From a virus: a DNA stretch of 64,000 nucleotides. Shown piece after piece: positions 38,613-51,700 of this stretch (the first letter of the stretch is position 1; every line of letters starts with the position of its first letter). Both the position numbers and the translations under genes were made by a program. The stretch covers positions 6,047 through 70,046 of IMG/VR virus record IMGVR_UViG_3300022752_003244; one strand, written 5' to 3'. The notes under the pieces are model-generated. The model was not told where the DNA came from. It did no database searches and worked only from the letters and a program-made list of their open reading frames with translations.

Positions 38613-40355
38613 ATGGCAGATGATGAAAAATCAAAAGGTTTAGAAGAAAGTTTTAAAAAACTTAGTGATGAGTATATGCCTAACGTTTTAAAAGCGATGG
38701 GTGAATTACAAGGTGCTGCAAGAAATTTAAATAGTACCTTTGGTCAGGGTGGAGATAGGATTAATGAAATGCAAAAAGCTCTTGGGTATGCGAACGCTGC
38801 GGTGACTAAGCTAGGTGGGAATATGGACGACGCTGTTAGAACTATGCAAGACATTGCGTTAGGTACTCGAAGAAACGTATTGGCGGCACAAGAAGACGTT
38901 AGTAAATTATATGCTGCGTCGAAAGTTTTAGGTCCTTATTCTGATGTTAGACAACTTGTTTCTAGTTTAACAGATGTCGGAGTTCAATTCGCACAAGCCG
39001 GTGAAGAAATACAAAAATCAATGAATTATGTAAGAACATTAGGTCTTAATACGCAACAAATTATGAGTGATGTCACCAATAACATGGCTATGATGAATAA
39101 ATTTAATTTCTCAAACGGTGTTGAGGGATTAACAAAAATGGCTGCTCAAGCTTCAATTTTTAGGTTTGATATGAGTGATACATTTACACTTATGAATAAA
39201 GCTCTTGACCCAGAAGGGGCTATAGAGTTATCATCTGCATTCCAAAGAATGGGTGTTACTGCTGGAGACCTAACTGACCCATTTCAGTTGATGTATAAGT
39301 CGCTTAACGACCCCGAAGGACTACAAAAGAGTTTAGGTCAAATGACCGAAAAATTTAGTTATTTTGATGATAAGACAAAAACATTCAAAATAAGTCCTGA
39401 AGGAATGTTGCAAATGAGGGAATTGGCGAAACAAACTGGTATAAGTTATGAGTCATTATCTAAATCCGCATTGGCATCGGCTAACTTAAGTGCCGCTTTA
39501 AAACAAATAAATCCGTCAATTAATTTCAAAAGCGAGGAAGACAAACAATTATTATCAAACATTGCACGGATGGGTAAAAGTGGTGAATATGAAGTTAGTG
39601 TTACGAATGAGAAAGGAGATATAGAAAAGAAAAAATTATCAGATTTAAGCCAACAACAAATGGATAAATTAATTAAAGAACAAAAAGAAGGTCCAAAAAC
39701 TTTAGAAGATTATGCTAGAGGTCAAATGAAAACCATGGATATAGTTCAGGCTGATTTACATTATATAAGAGTTAATTTAGAGAGTGGGGCTGCGACTGCA
39801 AAACAAATAATGGAAACTGAAAAGTTAATAAGAGATGTGACAACTTCATCAACAGATATAATTGCAAAGGCATTTCCAACCCAAGATGGCGTAAGAAAAG
39901 AGACTGAAACTGCAGTATCAACTATGTTAGGGGCAATTAAAGAATTGACATCGGGTAATGTGGATTCAAAACGAGTTGCTGAATTGGGTGATTTATTTAA
40001 TAGTCAAATGAAAAACCTTGAAGGTCAAGGACTTGAAAAGATAAAAGAAACGATGATAAAACTAAAAGAGAATGTTATAGATAAAGGTAGTGCATACAAG
40101 TCAAAAATATTAGAACCATCAAAATCAACAGGTAAAGTTGAATCTACAAAAACAAGAGACAATAAGGTATCTGTCGAACAAAATACTAATGTTTCCGGCG
40201 AAATAAAATTCAAAGTAGAGGCCGGAAATGCTAACACGACACAGATAGAGGCTTATTTAAATACACCGGATTTCAAACGAGCGGTTTATAATGCATTAAC
40301 AAACATGGACGCTAATGCGGTTACCAATCTTAAAAAGAGTTTAAAAATTAGTTAA
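38613..40355 (+). CDS. tape measure protein
   Basis: Helical A/Q/M/K-rich 580-aa protein in the canonical position after tube and chaperone. Confidence 0.7.
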   Translation: MADDEKSKGLEESFKKLSDEYMPNVLKAMGELQGAARNLNSTFGQGGDRINEMQKALGYANAAVTKLGGNMDDAVRTMQDIALGTRRNVLAAQEDVSKLYAASKVLGPYSDVRQLVSSLTDVGVQFAQAGEEIQKSMNYVRTLGLNTQQIMSDVTNNMAMMNKFNFSNGVEGLTKMAAQASIFRFDMSDTFTLMNKALDPEGAIELSSAFQRMGVTAGDLTDPFQLMYKSLNDPEGLQKSLGQMTEKFSYFDDKTKTFKISPEGMLQMRELAKQTGISYESLSKSALASANLSAALKQINPSINFKSEEDKQLLSNIARMGKSGEYEVSVTNEKGDIEKKKLSDLSQQQMDKLIKEQKEGPKTLEDYARGQMKTMDIVQADLHYIRVNLESGAATAKQIMETEKLIRDVTTSSTDIIAKAFPTQDGVRKETETAVSTMLGAIKELTSGNVDSKRVAELGDLFNSQMKNLEGQGLEKIKETMIKLKENVIDKGSAYKSKILEPSKSTGKVESTKTRDNKVSVEQNTNVSGEIKFKVEAGNANTTQIEAYLNTPDFKRAVYNALTNMDANAVTNLKKSLKIS

Positions 40356-40392
40356 AAAAAACAACTTAATCTATTTATTATAAAACACGTTA

Positions 40393-43300
40393 ATGGCAAA
40401 TAGTCCTTTAGATTTCCCTTCATCACAAACCTTTAGAAATAGGTTGATAGTTAGAAATTTGGCACCATACCCAAAGTCGCCAAGAAGGGTTAATCCGCCA
40501 ACAACTTATGAAATTATACAATCTGACTTACCGGTTATTGACAGTCCGGACGAGTTAATAGACCAACCAACCTTTGCAAACACATTATACCCATTAAACC
40601 AATATGGAGCAAATAATGGATACGAACAAGTTAGAGACCCAAATACATTACAAAACACAAATTCAAATGAAGGAGAATATGGTTTTGATGACGTTCAGTT
40701 ATTACAATCAGGTATAAACGAAGCTCCTGAATGGAAAAGATTAAACCCATATGGTGACGGAACAAATGTAATTGATTCTGCTGAGGATATTGCAAGTCTT
40801 GATATTTTTACAATAACAAGACAAAACCAATCAAACGCCCAACCATATCCAACAACTTTCGTTTCTTCGTTTTATGCTCCCGCATCTATATTATTAGGTG
40901 CAAATCCTAGAGGTAGTAATGGAAGTTTATCACAAGATTCGTTTCTTGCTAAATTAGGTGCGAATGTGTTAAGAAAAGAATTTCAAGATAGAATTGCTCG
41001 AGAAATTAAAAAGAAAACAATTGGTAGGGCAAACATTTTTAATGCAAATAGTGGTACTGATGTGTTAGGTTTAGTTACCGGGACAATACCATTAATTGAA
41101 CCAAATTATCAAATTACCGCACCATTAAACCCAATTGTTGCAGCATCTGATTTGGCACTTAGACTTGCCGGAAGTATAGTACCAATTTCAACAATACCCG
41201 GTTCATATTTTGACCCATCAATTAATCCGGGTCAACCAACTACAATACAACAATTACAGAACGCATATAATAAAACAATAGGTCAAACTGTGTTAGGACA
41301 AATATTAGGTGCTCCTAAATCAGGTTCCCAATTGTTTTTAAACAATACAGGGGCGGGTCAAAAAGCAAGATTATTTAAAAATTTAGATTTTAATAAATTT
41401 AAACCTAATTACGAAAGAAATTTCTTAGATAGAGTTTCAGGTGCAATTACGGGTGGTAGGTCTGACAATAGTGATTTTTATATAGGGTCAACAAACTCGG
41501 AACCGTCAAGAGCGATGTCACCAAGTGGTTCGTTACCGGTTGACGAGTTTGGTAGAGAGGTACAGGCACCCGTTTACGGACCTACAGAATTGGCGAAGTT
41601 ATATGAAGGTGAGGTAAGTAAAAATATTAAATTAGGTGCGAACGGGCCGATATATAGTGATGGAGGAGGTATTGAAGGAGGGTTTACATGGGTATCACCG
41701 AAGTATAAGGGCAATGCGGGTAAGTATGTTGGGCCGGGAGGTGATGTTATTAGAGAAAACGCGGATTTTAAAAGTGCCTCATTTGGACCTACGGAATCGA
41801 CAAAATTAGAATTTAAACCTGGGTCAATACTTGATGAAACACAAAGACTTGTAAATAGTCAACCTGACGGCTCAAAAAGATATCAACATGTTGGAAACGC
41901 TATAGACCAAGTTAGTAAGATTTTTCATGATGGATATAGAGAAATGACTAAAGGTTCAAAAGTTTTGACGTATGTTGGTGATATAGGACAAGAAAAGGGT
42001 TCGGAGTATTGTAGAGTTTTTACAAAAGACACTCCGTATCTTCAATATAATGATTTACAAAAAACTGATGGAATTACAACTGAGGGTAGAAGATTCGCAT
42101 ATTCCGTTTTAGATAAAACATATAATCTTAATATCGCACCAAACAAAAGGGAGGGAGGTCAAGATTCAACTAATTTGGTAACCGGTAATGACGGTCAATA
42201 CGCTAAAAAGTATATGTTTTCACTTGAAAATTTGGCGTGGAGAACATCAAATAGACCGGGATATACGGTGTCTGATTTACCAATATGTGAGAGAGGACCT
42301 AATGGGGGTAGAGTTATGTGGTTTCCGCCATATGAATTAAAATTTACTGAGGGGTCTACGGCGAACTGGAAATCGACAGATTTTTTAGGTAGACCTGAAC
42401 CGGTGTATACGTATAATAATACAAGTAGAACAGGTTCATTATCTTGGAAAATTATTGTCGACCATCCGTCATCATTGAACGTTGTTGTTAATAAAGTATT
42501 AGCAAATGAGAATAATAAAGAAAGAATTGATTCGATATTAGAATCTTTTTTTGCGGGATGTAGAAAATATGATTTATATGATTTGGCTAAAAAATATTAC
42601 AATGTTAATCCAAATGATATTTTAGAAATTCAAAAAGAAATACAAACAAGACAAGTTCCGGTTGAAAGGATTAAATATACCAAACAACAAGTAACAACAA
42701 ATATTGATGCGGTCGCGGAAAAAACAGAACCGGGAATACCCGATTCAATACCTACCTTATCGGACTACAAAAACATTGGTGGGTATTTTGAGAACGATAT
42801 ACCAAAACCAAATCAAGACGCATTAAACTTTAAATCTACATATACAACATATACAACCCCTGCAAACATAAATACATATGCGACTAAATGTGCGGATACA
42901 AGAACGTTTTTTTCTACGGTAGTAACACCAAATTATAATAAATTAGACCAATTGGCAATTAAAATTGGTGAACTACTTACAAAATATCCGGGAGCTCAAA
43001 ATACAATAACGATAAAAATAGATGGAAGTGCTTCAGCGCCTGCAACACAATCGTATAATAAAAAATTGTCGGTGAGAAGGATAAATTCACTAAAACAATT
43101 TTTTATAGACCATGAAAGAACTAAAACTTTTTATAATGAAAAAAGGTTATTATTTATAATTGGGAATGCGCTTGGAGAGACAGGGTCACCACAAGCGTTT
43201 GATGGTAATGGAAATCAAATTACCATAAACGCTCAAAACTGTAGTGATGAAAAAGGAGACACCTCAGTACCACAAAAAGATGTTTTTACTATAAGAGCAA

Positions 43301-45393
43301 TGGCTTGTAGAAGAGCGGTTATAAGTGATATAACGGTTAATATAACACCTAACCCAGTTCCTGATGTAGTAACACAGGCCGGAGTCCCGGCGTCGTCATT
43401 TACAACCGAAGTCGACGTACCAAAAACAGAAGTTGATTCAGTTACGGTAACTGATGAAATAGAAAGGACAGTTATTAGAGATAATGTTTCAAAAAGAATT
43501 TTGAGAAGTTTATTATCTGAGTGTGATTATTTTGAAGTGGTTAAGGAACAAACGCCAATGGTGTATGATAATTTAAGAGAAAAACTTAAATTTTTCAACC
43601 CCGCGTTCCACTCAATGACACCCGAAGGTTTAAATTCTCGTTTAACATTTTTACAACAATGTTTAAGACCCGGAGATACAATACCTGTGATTCAAGAAGG
43701 GGGTAAGTTGGAATATAATAATGCGAGTAATACCGCATTTGGTGCTCCACCGGTTTTAATTTTAAGGGTTGGGGATTTTTATCACACTAAAATAATACCT
43801 GATAATTTGCAATTAACATATGAAGGGTTAGATATAAATCCGGAAGGGATTGGAGTTCAACCAATGATTGCTAACGTAACACTTAGTTTCAAATTTATTG
43901 GAGGACAAGGTTTGGCAGGGGCGGTTGATAAGATACAGAACGCATTAAGTTTTAACTATTATGCGAATACCGAGATTTACGATGATAGGGCTGATGTTAC
44001 GGATACAAGTTATCAAGTCATAGATAAGGACTTGTTAGATTACTTTAACATTACTGTACCACCACCAAATATAAAACTTGGGGCGACACCACAAACATCT
44101 ACAAACAATCAAACCATAGGTACAGTATTGTCGGCAACAACAACTGAAAGTGGGGAAACGGGAACTATTGAGTATAGATTATATATGAACGGTTTTATAC
44201 AATCGGCTCAAGATTATTTTACTTCGGTTTTAAATAAAAATAAAGAAATTTTGGCACAATACAATAACGCGGTTAGGGAGGTTTGGAGTTCAAATAGGAT
44301 TTATCAAGAAGGAAGGTTGGCGTATAACACATCAAAAGATGTTAATTTGTTTGGTAAACCTAAAGATTTGGAAAAAACGATAGAAAGTATTTTTTCTGAA
44401 TATGTTAAAAATATTACAAATGATGAGGCAGGGTTAATAAAATTTATTAAAGGAACTCCGGATAATAGAAAAGATTTTTCTGACAAAGTTATTAGAGCAT
44501 TAAAAGAGAGTTATAAAAAGGTTATTAATGAGTTAAAAGTAAACTTCCAAAGTTCTTTAAATGTTATGACACAATCTTTGGTTTCCGTGGAACAACAATT
44601 AATAAACAATTGTGCCAAGAACAATGTTGTTTTGTTGGGTCAAACAAATATATCTGGTACAGATGGATTCCAAGAATCAAATGGGTTTGTTAAAATTTAT
44701 GTGACGACTCCAACAACAAAAGTTAGTGATAGTAAGTATACGGATACTTATAAAGAACTTGAAGGCGATACAAATATAATTGTAGGTAATATAATTGATT
44801 TTAACAATTTAATTGAAGCTGAAACAAGTTTTACTGAAAGTAAAAAACCAGGAGTATTAGTTTATGGAGAAAAATTAATAACTGAAGGAATTTTTAATTA
44901 TTATTCGGAAGATACTAAGTTTAGCGATAAAGTCTTCCAAAGAGAATATTTCATAATTTCTCAAGAAATTATTGATAAAACAAAATACGCGTCTTTTAAA
45001 CAAAAAATAATTGGAAATATATTAACTAACAAAGATTTATTTGGTAACGGTCAAATGGATTTAGAAAATCAATTTGATGGTTATTTTAATTCAGTTAGAC
45101 CTATCTTTGAAAAAGAAAATAAAGTTACTTCGGCTTTTTTAAATACTATGGAAACAACCGTGTTGAAAAATTATATAACATATTCTCCATTTCAATCTGC
45201 AAAATTAAAAGGTTATGAATTCACATTCACAACAGAACAACAAGGTGCTGAAGTTGGATTTAAGGAGGCGAGAGAAAAATTAATTAAATCACTTGGGGTG
45301 ATTGATAATGAATATAAAACAACCAACACATGGGCTGATTTAGCAACAGTTGGGTCTGTGAGTACGGTTGTTTGTAAAGTAAAACTTAACTAA
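40393..45393 (+). CDS. giant baseplate / tube-initiator protein with an OmpA-like domain
   Basis: FPPY...W....FLGRPEPVYTY....R.GSLSW and PPVLILRVGDFY...PM.ANVTLSFKFIG tube-initiator-like halves; GSAS..YN.KLS.RR OmpA-like motif between them. Confidence 0.6.
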   Translation: MANSPLDFPSSQTFRNRLIVRNLAPYPKSPRRVNPPTTYEIIQSDLPVIDSPDELIDQPTFANTLYPLNQYGANNGYEQVRDPNTLQNTNSNEGEYGFDDVQLLQSGINEAPEWKRLNPYGDGTNVIDSAEDIASLDIFTITRQNQSNAQPYPTTFVSSFYAPASILLGANPRGSNGSLSQDSFLAKLGANVLRKEFQDRIAREIKKKTIGRANIFNANSGTDVLGLVTGTIPLIEPNYQITAPLNPIVAASDLALRLAGSIVPISTIPGSYFDPSINPGQPTTIQQLQNAYNKTIGQTVLGQILGAPKSGSQLFLNNTGAGQKARLFKNLDFNKFKPNYERNFLDRVSGAITGGRSDNSDFYIGSTNSEPSRAMSPSGSLPVDEFGREVQAPVYGPTELAKLYEGEVSKNIKLGANGPIYSDGGGIEGGFTWVSPKYKGNAGKYVGPGGDVIRENADFKSASFGPTESTKLEFKPGSILDETQRLVNSQPDGSKRYQHVGNAIDQVSKIFHDGYREMTKGSKVLTYVGDIGQEKGSEYCRVFTKDTPYLQYNDLQKTDGITTEGRRFAYSVLDKTYNLNIAPNKREGGQDSTNLVTGNDGQYAKKYMFSLENLAWRTSNRPGYTVSDLPICERGPNGGRVMWFPPYELKFTEGSTANWKSTDFLGRPEPVYTYNNTSRTGSLSWKIIVDHPSSLNVVVNKVLANENNKERIDSILESFFAGCRKYDLYDLAKKYYNVNPNDILEIQKEIQTRQVPVERIKYTKQQVTTNIDAVAEKTEPGIPDSIPTLSDYKNIGGYFENDIPKPNQDALNFKSTYTTYTTPANINTYATKCADTRTFFSTVVTPNYNKLDQLAIKIGELLTKYPGAQNTITIKIDGSASAPATQSYNKKLSVRRINSLKQFFIDHERTKTFYNEKRLLFIIGNALGETGSPQAFDGNGNQITINAQNCSDEKGDTSVPQKDVFTIRAMACRRAVISDITVNITPNPVPDVVTQAGVPASSFTTEVDVPKTEVDSVTVTDEIERTVIRDNVSKRILRSLLSECDYFEVVKEQTPMVYDNLREKLKFFNPAFHSMTPEGLNSRLTFLQQCLRPGDTIPVIQEGGKLEYNNASNTAFGAPPVLILRVGDFYHTKIIPDNLQLTYEGLDINPEGIGVQPMIANVTLSFKFIGGQGLAGAVDKIQNALSFNYYANTEIYDDRADVTDTSYQVIDKDLLDYFNITVPPPNIKLGATPQTSTNNQTIGTVLSATTTESGETGTIEYRLYMNGFIQSAQDYFTSVLNKNKEILAQYNNAVREVWSSNRIYQEGRLAYNTSKDVNLFGKPKDLEKTIESIFSEYVKNITNDEAGLIKFIKGTPDNRKDFSDKVIRALKESYKKVINELKVNFQSSLNVMTQSLVSVEQQLINNCAKNNVVLLGQTNISGTDGFQESNGFVKIYVTTPTTKVSDSKYTDTYKELEGDTNIIVGNIIDFNNLIEAETSFTESKKPGVLVYGEKLITEGIFNYYSEDTKFSDKVFQREYFIISQEIIDKTKYASFKQKIIGNILTNKDLFGNGQMDLENQFDGYFNSVRPIFEKENKVTSAFLNTMETTVLKNYITYSPFQSAKLKGYEFTFTTEQQGAEVGFKEAREKLIKSLGVIDNEYKTTNTWADLATVGSVSTVVCKVKLN

Positions 45394-45716
45394 TGCCATT
45401 ACAATATTACAATAGATATACGGATTTTTTAATTAATGGTCGTCAAACCGTTGTACCTTATGTTATTATACCACAAAAAACGACAGATAAAACATATGTC
45501 TACAAACTAGGTAAAAGTAGGTTAGATAAGATATCTCAAGAATATTATGGGTCACCATTTTTTGGGTGGTTAATACAACAAGCAAATCCGCAATATGGTG
45601 GGTTAGAAAATGGAATACCGGATGGTACGATATTAGTTGTCCCCTTCCCATTATTGGCATCATTGCAAGACTACAAAGGGTCGTTAGAAAATCATTTTTA
45701 TTACTATGGTAGATAA
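45393..45716 (+). CDS. baseplate wedge protein, LysM-like (T4 gp53-like)
   Basis: RLDKISQEYYGSP..GWLI..ANP...IPDG..L.VP. Confidence 0.75.
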   Translation: MPLQYYNRYTDFLINGRQTVVPYVIIPQKTTDKTYVYKLGKSRLDKISQEYYGSPFFGWLIQQANPQYGGLENGIPDGTILVVPFPLLASLQDYKGSLENHFYYYGR

Positions 45717-45747
45717 AAAAATTCGATTTAAAATAAAAAAATAATTT

Positions 45748-48700
45748 ATGGCAGGTGATTCAATAAAAGGAGACCAAAGTGGTAATATTTTAGTAGATTT
45801 CGATTATAACAATATTATACTTGTTGACCCTAATAAAATTAAAGACAGTAAAGGTAAAATATCTGAGAGATTGGTAGACCATGAAAATATGGTTATGTAT
45901 GCTAATTTGGAAGCGGAATTGTTACCAAGAACTAAACTTAACGTTGGGTCGTCTCCGGATAAAATAAGAACAATATCTATTGCCAAACTTAATTTTTTAA
46001 AACCAAATAATGGGCGTGAATTTACAACACAATATTACGATGAACTAACCGGAAAGGGGACAACCCAAGGTAACGGTTCTAATCAAATTAATTCCACATA
46101 TATACCCCCATCTAATGGGGAGAGAGGATATAATAGATTAGATGTGTCAAGTGACGGAGGTCAAGGGTCGATAGATAATGGACTATTAGGAATAACCAGT
46201 ATTAATGTTAAAATTTCGGGTTCGTTCATACCTACAGTAACAATGTCATTGGAGGACGTTCAAGGAAGGGCGTTGTTTCAATTAGGGGAAAATTCACCAT
46301 ACTCAGCATTTTTTCACCTACCGTATCCACCATTTTATTTAACTTTAAAAGGTTATTTCGGGCAGGCCGTTAGATATCAGTTAAACCTAACAAAGTTTAA
46401 TGCGAATTTTAACAGTATGGGGGGGAATTATCGAATAGATTTAGAATTTCAGGGATACAAATATAATATACTAAATGAGATTACCATGGGTTTTGTTATG
46501 GGAACACCCCATATGTATTCGTCAAGGTTTGACATATCAAACTCAACATCTACCGCAACCCCATCAAGTTCTTTAAAGGCTCAGGCATCTCAGCAAAGTG
46601 AGATATCACAAAATAGTAGTAATAGTAAGCAAACGGTTGTAAAACAAATGTTCGTTGAAAAAGGTTATCAAAAAATATTGGAAGTTTATAATGAATACAA
46701 GGTAAAGGGATTGATTGACAAAAATGTTCCCGAACTAACTATTCAACAATTAATGGATAAACTTCAAAAATTTGAAGATACAATAATGGATAATTTTAAA
46801 AAGGCGGATGTGCAACCTTTAACTGATATTCGAAATTATCAAGAAAAATTAAAAAATATTTATGGGATTGTTTATTCCGACCCCAATTCGTTTTTTTCTC
46901 AATATGTGAACCCAAAACCATTTATTGGTATTGATGGAACATATTATTATGCATATAAAGACGAGATTAAGGATGAAGATGAGGTTAAAGTATTTTCTAA
47001 AGTTACCGGGGATATAAGCAATTATAATAAAGTTTTAGATGAAAACCCAACGTTGGGTAAGAATGGTTCTAACCCAATTACGAATAAAATAACCGCATCT
47101 TGTTTGACGGCAACAACAACTCCGGATAAAATAGATTGGGAAAGAACCACAACCGAACAAGATGGTATTGTATCCCCAACGGTTTTTCAAGTCGAACAAT
47201 TAATCTCAAGGTATAAGAATTTATTTAAACCAAAGGTTGTTGGAAGTGTTGGGGATGTTGCAAAAAGTATTTTTAGTCAATCAGCACCGGGAGAAAAATA
47301 TACTACAGCGGTTAATAAGGGACCATCAATAGTAATTGAAAAACCGTATTTTTTTGTGATTGACGGTAAAGACAGATTTAAGCAAATTGTTAATGAGATG
47401 AATGCAACTGCTAATAAAATATTGTCTGAATATGAAACTAAAATAACGAAAGAATTAAGGGATAAAATTGAAGATAAAAAAACCGGATTAGGGTTTACAC
47501 CTACGGTTAGAAATATTATTGCAATTATTATGGCGTCGGCGGAAGGTTTTATAAGACTTTTAGATGACGTGCATACGAAGGCTTGGAATGTCAGGTTAGA
47601 CCCGGTTAGAAAATCTGCGATATTAAATAATACAAGTTCTGTGCCGAGCGTAGAAACAAAAAATGTAGTTCAAACAACTACAGAAAACTCTTCGAATTCT
47701 GGGTTATCTCAAATTCCGGTATTCCCTTGGCCGCAATATTTTGTGGAATCTCTTGACGAAAAAAATAAATATCAAATAAAATATCCGGGAGACCCATCTG
47801 AGATTAATAGGACTCAGGCTTATAACTATGACAAATGGCCCGAGGTTGAATTTGTTGAAGAGTTGATAAACGGTATTACAAAAACAAATCAAGCACCTTC
47901 AACACCAACCCCAAGTGATGTTGCAGAATTTACCCCATTACTTAATATTAATGCGATAGAGTTTCCGCAAAGTGATGTTATATATGCAAACAAACAAGAA
48001 ATTAAATATTTTTATGAAATTTGGGAAAGACAATTTTTAACTTCTAGATATGAAAACTATGCTAGAATTACAGAAAAATCAGGTTCCGAGTTTGAAAATT
48101 TAATACAATTAATTAGTGATGTTGAATCTTCGAATATCTTAGATACCTTGGGTGTTAGCAATCCATCATTGAATATGAAGTTAAAAGAGTATGCGTTTAA
48201 GGCTGAAGATTATATTGAATCCCTTAAATCATTTTCAAGAGACGGGCATAGTGATTCGTGGAAAAATTTTATAAAAGATATATTTGTAACTCCGTATATT
48301 AAAAGTATGACGGACCAACCAAACAAACTTTTAACCACTGAAAATTTGGGTAAACAAACAACCTCAAAGGTTGATAGGTCTAAGTTAGATATTATCGTTA
48401 AATCTACATATACAAATAAACCAATAGTTTTAGATACGGTACCGTTTACAAATGAAGATTGGGTTAGTAAAAATGTTGTAGATGTACCAAATCAAAATTC
48501 TCTTTATAACACAACAAAAACTCTTTTAATAAACGAACAAACTAATATAATATCCGACTTTAACGATATTAATAATTACACAACAAATAGACCGGTTACT
48601 AATTTTTCGTATATGGAAGTTTCAAATCCATTGGCGATTGCAAATGCGTATTCACCACAGAGTTTAACCAGTTTTATTAAAGATTTTTACTATAAAAGAA

Positions 48701-51700
48701 CACCATCACAATTTGTGCCTAGTGAAGGGTTTTGTTATTTTACAACCCCTAAAAACCAAAACGCAACAAACTTTGGGGCTCTGACACAAAATTTACCAAT
48801 AAGGACAACAACATCAATGTTGAATACTCCGTTTTTTATAAATTCAATTGTTGAAGGTGTTGCCGCAGAAAAATCAGGTCTTGATTACCCATATTTGGAA
48901 TCGTCGTATTTGTTTATAAATTCATTACCATTAATATCGTTAAGGGAGAGGTTAAAGACTAAGGGAACAAGTCTTAGTGATTTGGATTATATGTTTGCAA
49001 ATCTTAAAAAGTTTGCGTCTATACATAAGTTACCGTATGCTTGGATATTAAAAATCGGCTCTCTATGGTATAGATATAAGAATTTTATACAGACCGGTAA
49101 TGATATACTTTCAAGTACTATATGGGCTGACACTGACTACAAAAAAAACTTTGACCCCGTATCAAGTAATCCTCAAAAAAAATATATATTAACGGTTAAC
49201 GGAAAAACCGGAACAACCATTCAACTTGAAGCGGTTACAACAAATGCAACCACAATTCAAACAGGGTTTTTCCCCAAATTAATAGATGAGTTTAATTATT
49301 TTTATAGGGGTTATAATCTTTATAAAACATTTAGCGACCAAGAAATACAAGAATCTATAAATGGTGGGTTAAAGTTATTTAATTTCACAAAATCAAATTT
49401 AAATCTAACTCAATTAGTTCCTCCATCAATAATTCCTACCACTTTGAATTTATTTACTTGGAGTGTGTTATTACCAGGTGATAACAAATACTATACATTA
49501 CCATCATGGGGAGGAGACCAAAATCAAATTATTGATTCGATGGTTGAAAATAATGGATTAGTTGCGGGTGCTTCGTTAATTGGAAATCCATCAGTTTATA
49601 ATGGGTCAACAAGATTATTATGGAATGCGCCTAACTATGGTTACTTTGATAAGTCGCAAATTAAAAAACCAAACTACACTGATTATTTAAATAAAATTGA
49701 TGGTAGTAGTGGTAATTTAAGTCCATTTGCGTTATTGAATAAAGATGAGTATAGTAAGATAGAAGATATTTTTTCGGTTTTTGATAAAAGTATGTTAGAT
49801 ACGTTTGAGACAGAGTTTTTGAATTTTTCTAAGTCGGCAAAAAACGCTCAGACTCTTGGAAAATCACAATCAATATTATTTAAAGACCCCGCAAATGCGT
49901 CAATAACGTTTACGAATTTCCAACTTCTTTTTAGAAATTTAATGACTTTGAGAACTAAAAACAATAAAGAGTCTGAGGAACAATATTTTACAAATTCTAT
50001 TACGGAGCAGTTTACAACATATAATAATATTATTGAAGATTTTTTAAATTATGACGTAATATTGAAACTTGGTAATCCATCAAATTATGATAGGTTTATT
50101 TTTGATTCTGTGTTGTTACATCTTTCAGGAACTCCGTCTAGTTTTGTAACATATTTGGAAACACCAGAAATATTTAAACCATATTTGGCCGGTACTTTAC
50201 CAAGTGTAAATGGTGGTGTTACATTAAGAGCATCACAAGCATTAAGTGTCGCCAATAATCAGGCGTGGAATGAGTTATATTTAAGTGTTGGATTTTCAAC
50301 TATTAATGAGTTGGTGTATAAAGATAGCGGTTCATATATTACAGATTTTTTTATTGATAATAACATAGAATTTACCGCGGACAATGTTAAAAAATTGGCA
50401 TCAATTATTAAAATTTATGCAACACAAAAATTAGTGGATTCCAAAATGAATTCTTCTAAATTTTTTAAACTATTAAATGATTATTTTAAAAGTTGTAATA
50501 AATTACAAAATGATTCCTTAAATAGAGTATTAACAAAAATAAGAAAAACTTTACCGAACTACTCTGAAGCTCCCGAAAAGACGATAAATTCTTCAGTATC
50601 TGGTAATCAACCAAAAGTTGATATATGGGAAAATCTAAAGGCATTAAATGACAAGTGGATTGCAGGTGGTGATTTTACAAGTAAAACTTTTTTGGAAGAT
50701 ATTTTAATGCTAGATAAAGCGAGTAGAAATGTTGGGGATACATTATATATTGATATTTTTTCATTAAGAGATTTTTTATCTGAAAAAAGTAATATTGGTG
50801 CAATGTCGGTATATTCGTGTATTGCGAATATACTAATTTTTAATAAGTTTACAATAATGAATCTACCCTCATATGTTAATTTTTATAATAAACAAGATGT
50901 GGATGGAACCGACCAAGTTAAGTTAGAGTCAACTTCAAAATTTGCGGATAATATGTGGGGTACTTTTTTAGGTGTTGATTATAGAGAATCAGGACCAAAA
51001 CTTGTTTGTTTTTTTACAGGAACACCATCTAGGTATTTAGATTTAGATGAATCTAAAAATTTCTTATTTAGAAGTGATGGGATACAATTAGATAAAAGTA
51101 ATCCATTAAATGAGAGTCAAGAAGGAAAAAAAGATTATGCGTTATCTAATAGGTGTGTAGGTTTTAATGTTGACATTGGAATAAGAAATCAAAATGTGTT
51201 TCACTCCTTCAATGTTTCACAAGCGGCCGGTAAAGGGACATCAGAGTCAATATCTACGTTATACAATATGATGCAGCAGGCGGGCGGTAGAAATACTTCA
51301 ACCCAAAATGTTAGTTTATATAATTATTACTCTCAAAGAAGTTATGGGTGTGAAGTTGTTGGTTTTGGAAATGCGATGATACAACCGACAATGTATTTTA
51401 ATTTAAAACACGTTCCAATGTTTAATGGGCCGTATTTTATTACAGATGTGAGTCATGTTATAACTCCGGGAACCTTCCAAACATCTTTTAACGGAACAAG
51501 ACAAGGGGTTTATGATTTACCGTCAATCGATACGTACTTGCAAAGTATTAATCAAAATCTTTTAACTAAATTAGAACAATTGGTTAAAAATAGTAATGAA
51601 GAAACTCAAACATCAAATTCTTCCGGATTACAAAATAATGCGGGACAAACAATCCAATCTTCAAGTAATGCTCCGGACACTGAAAATAGTTGTAAACCGG

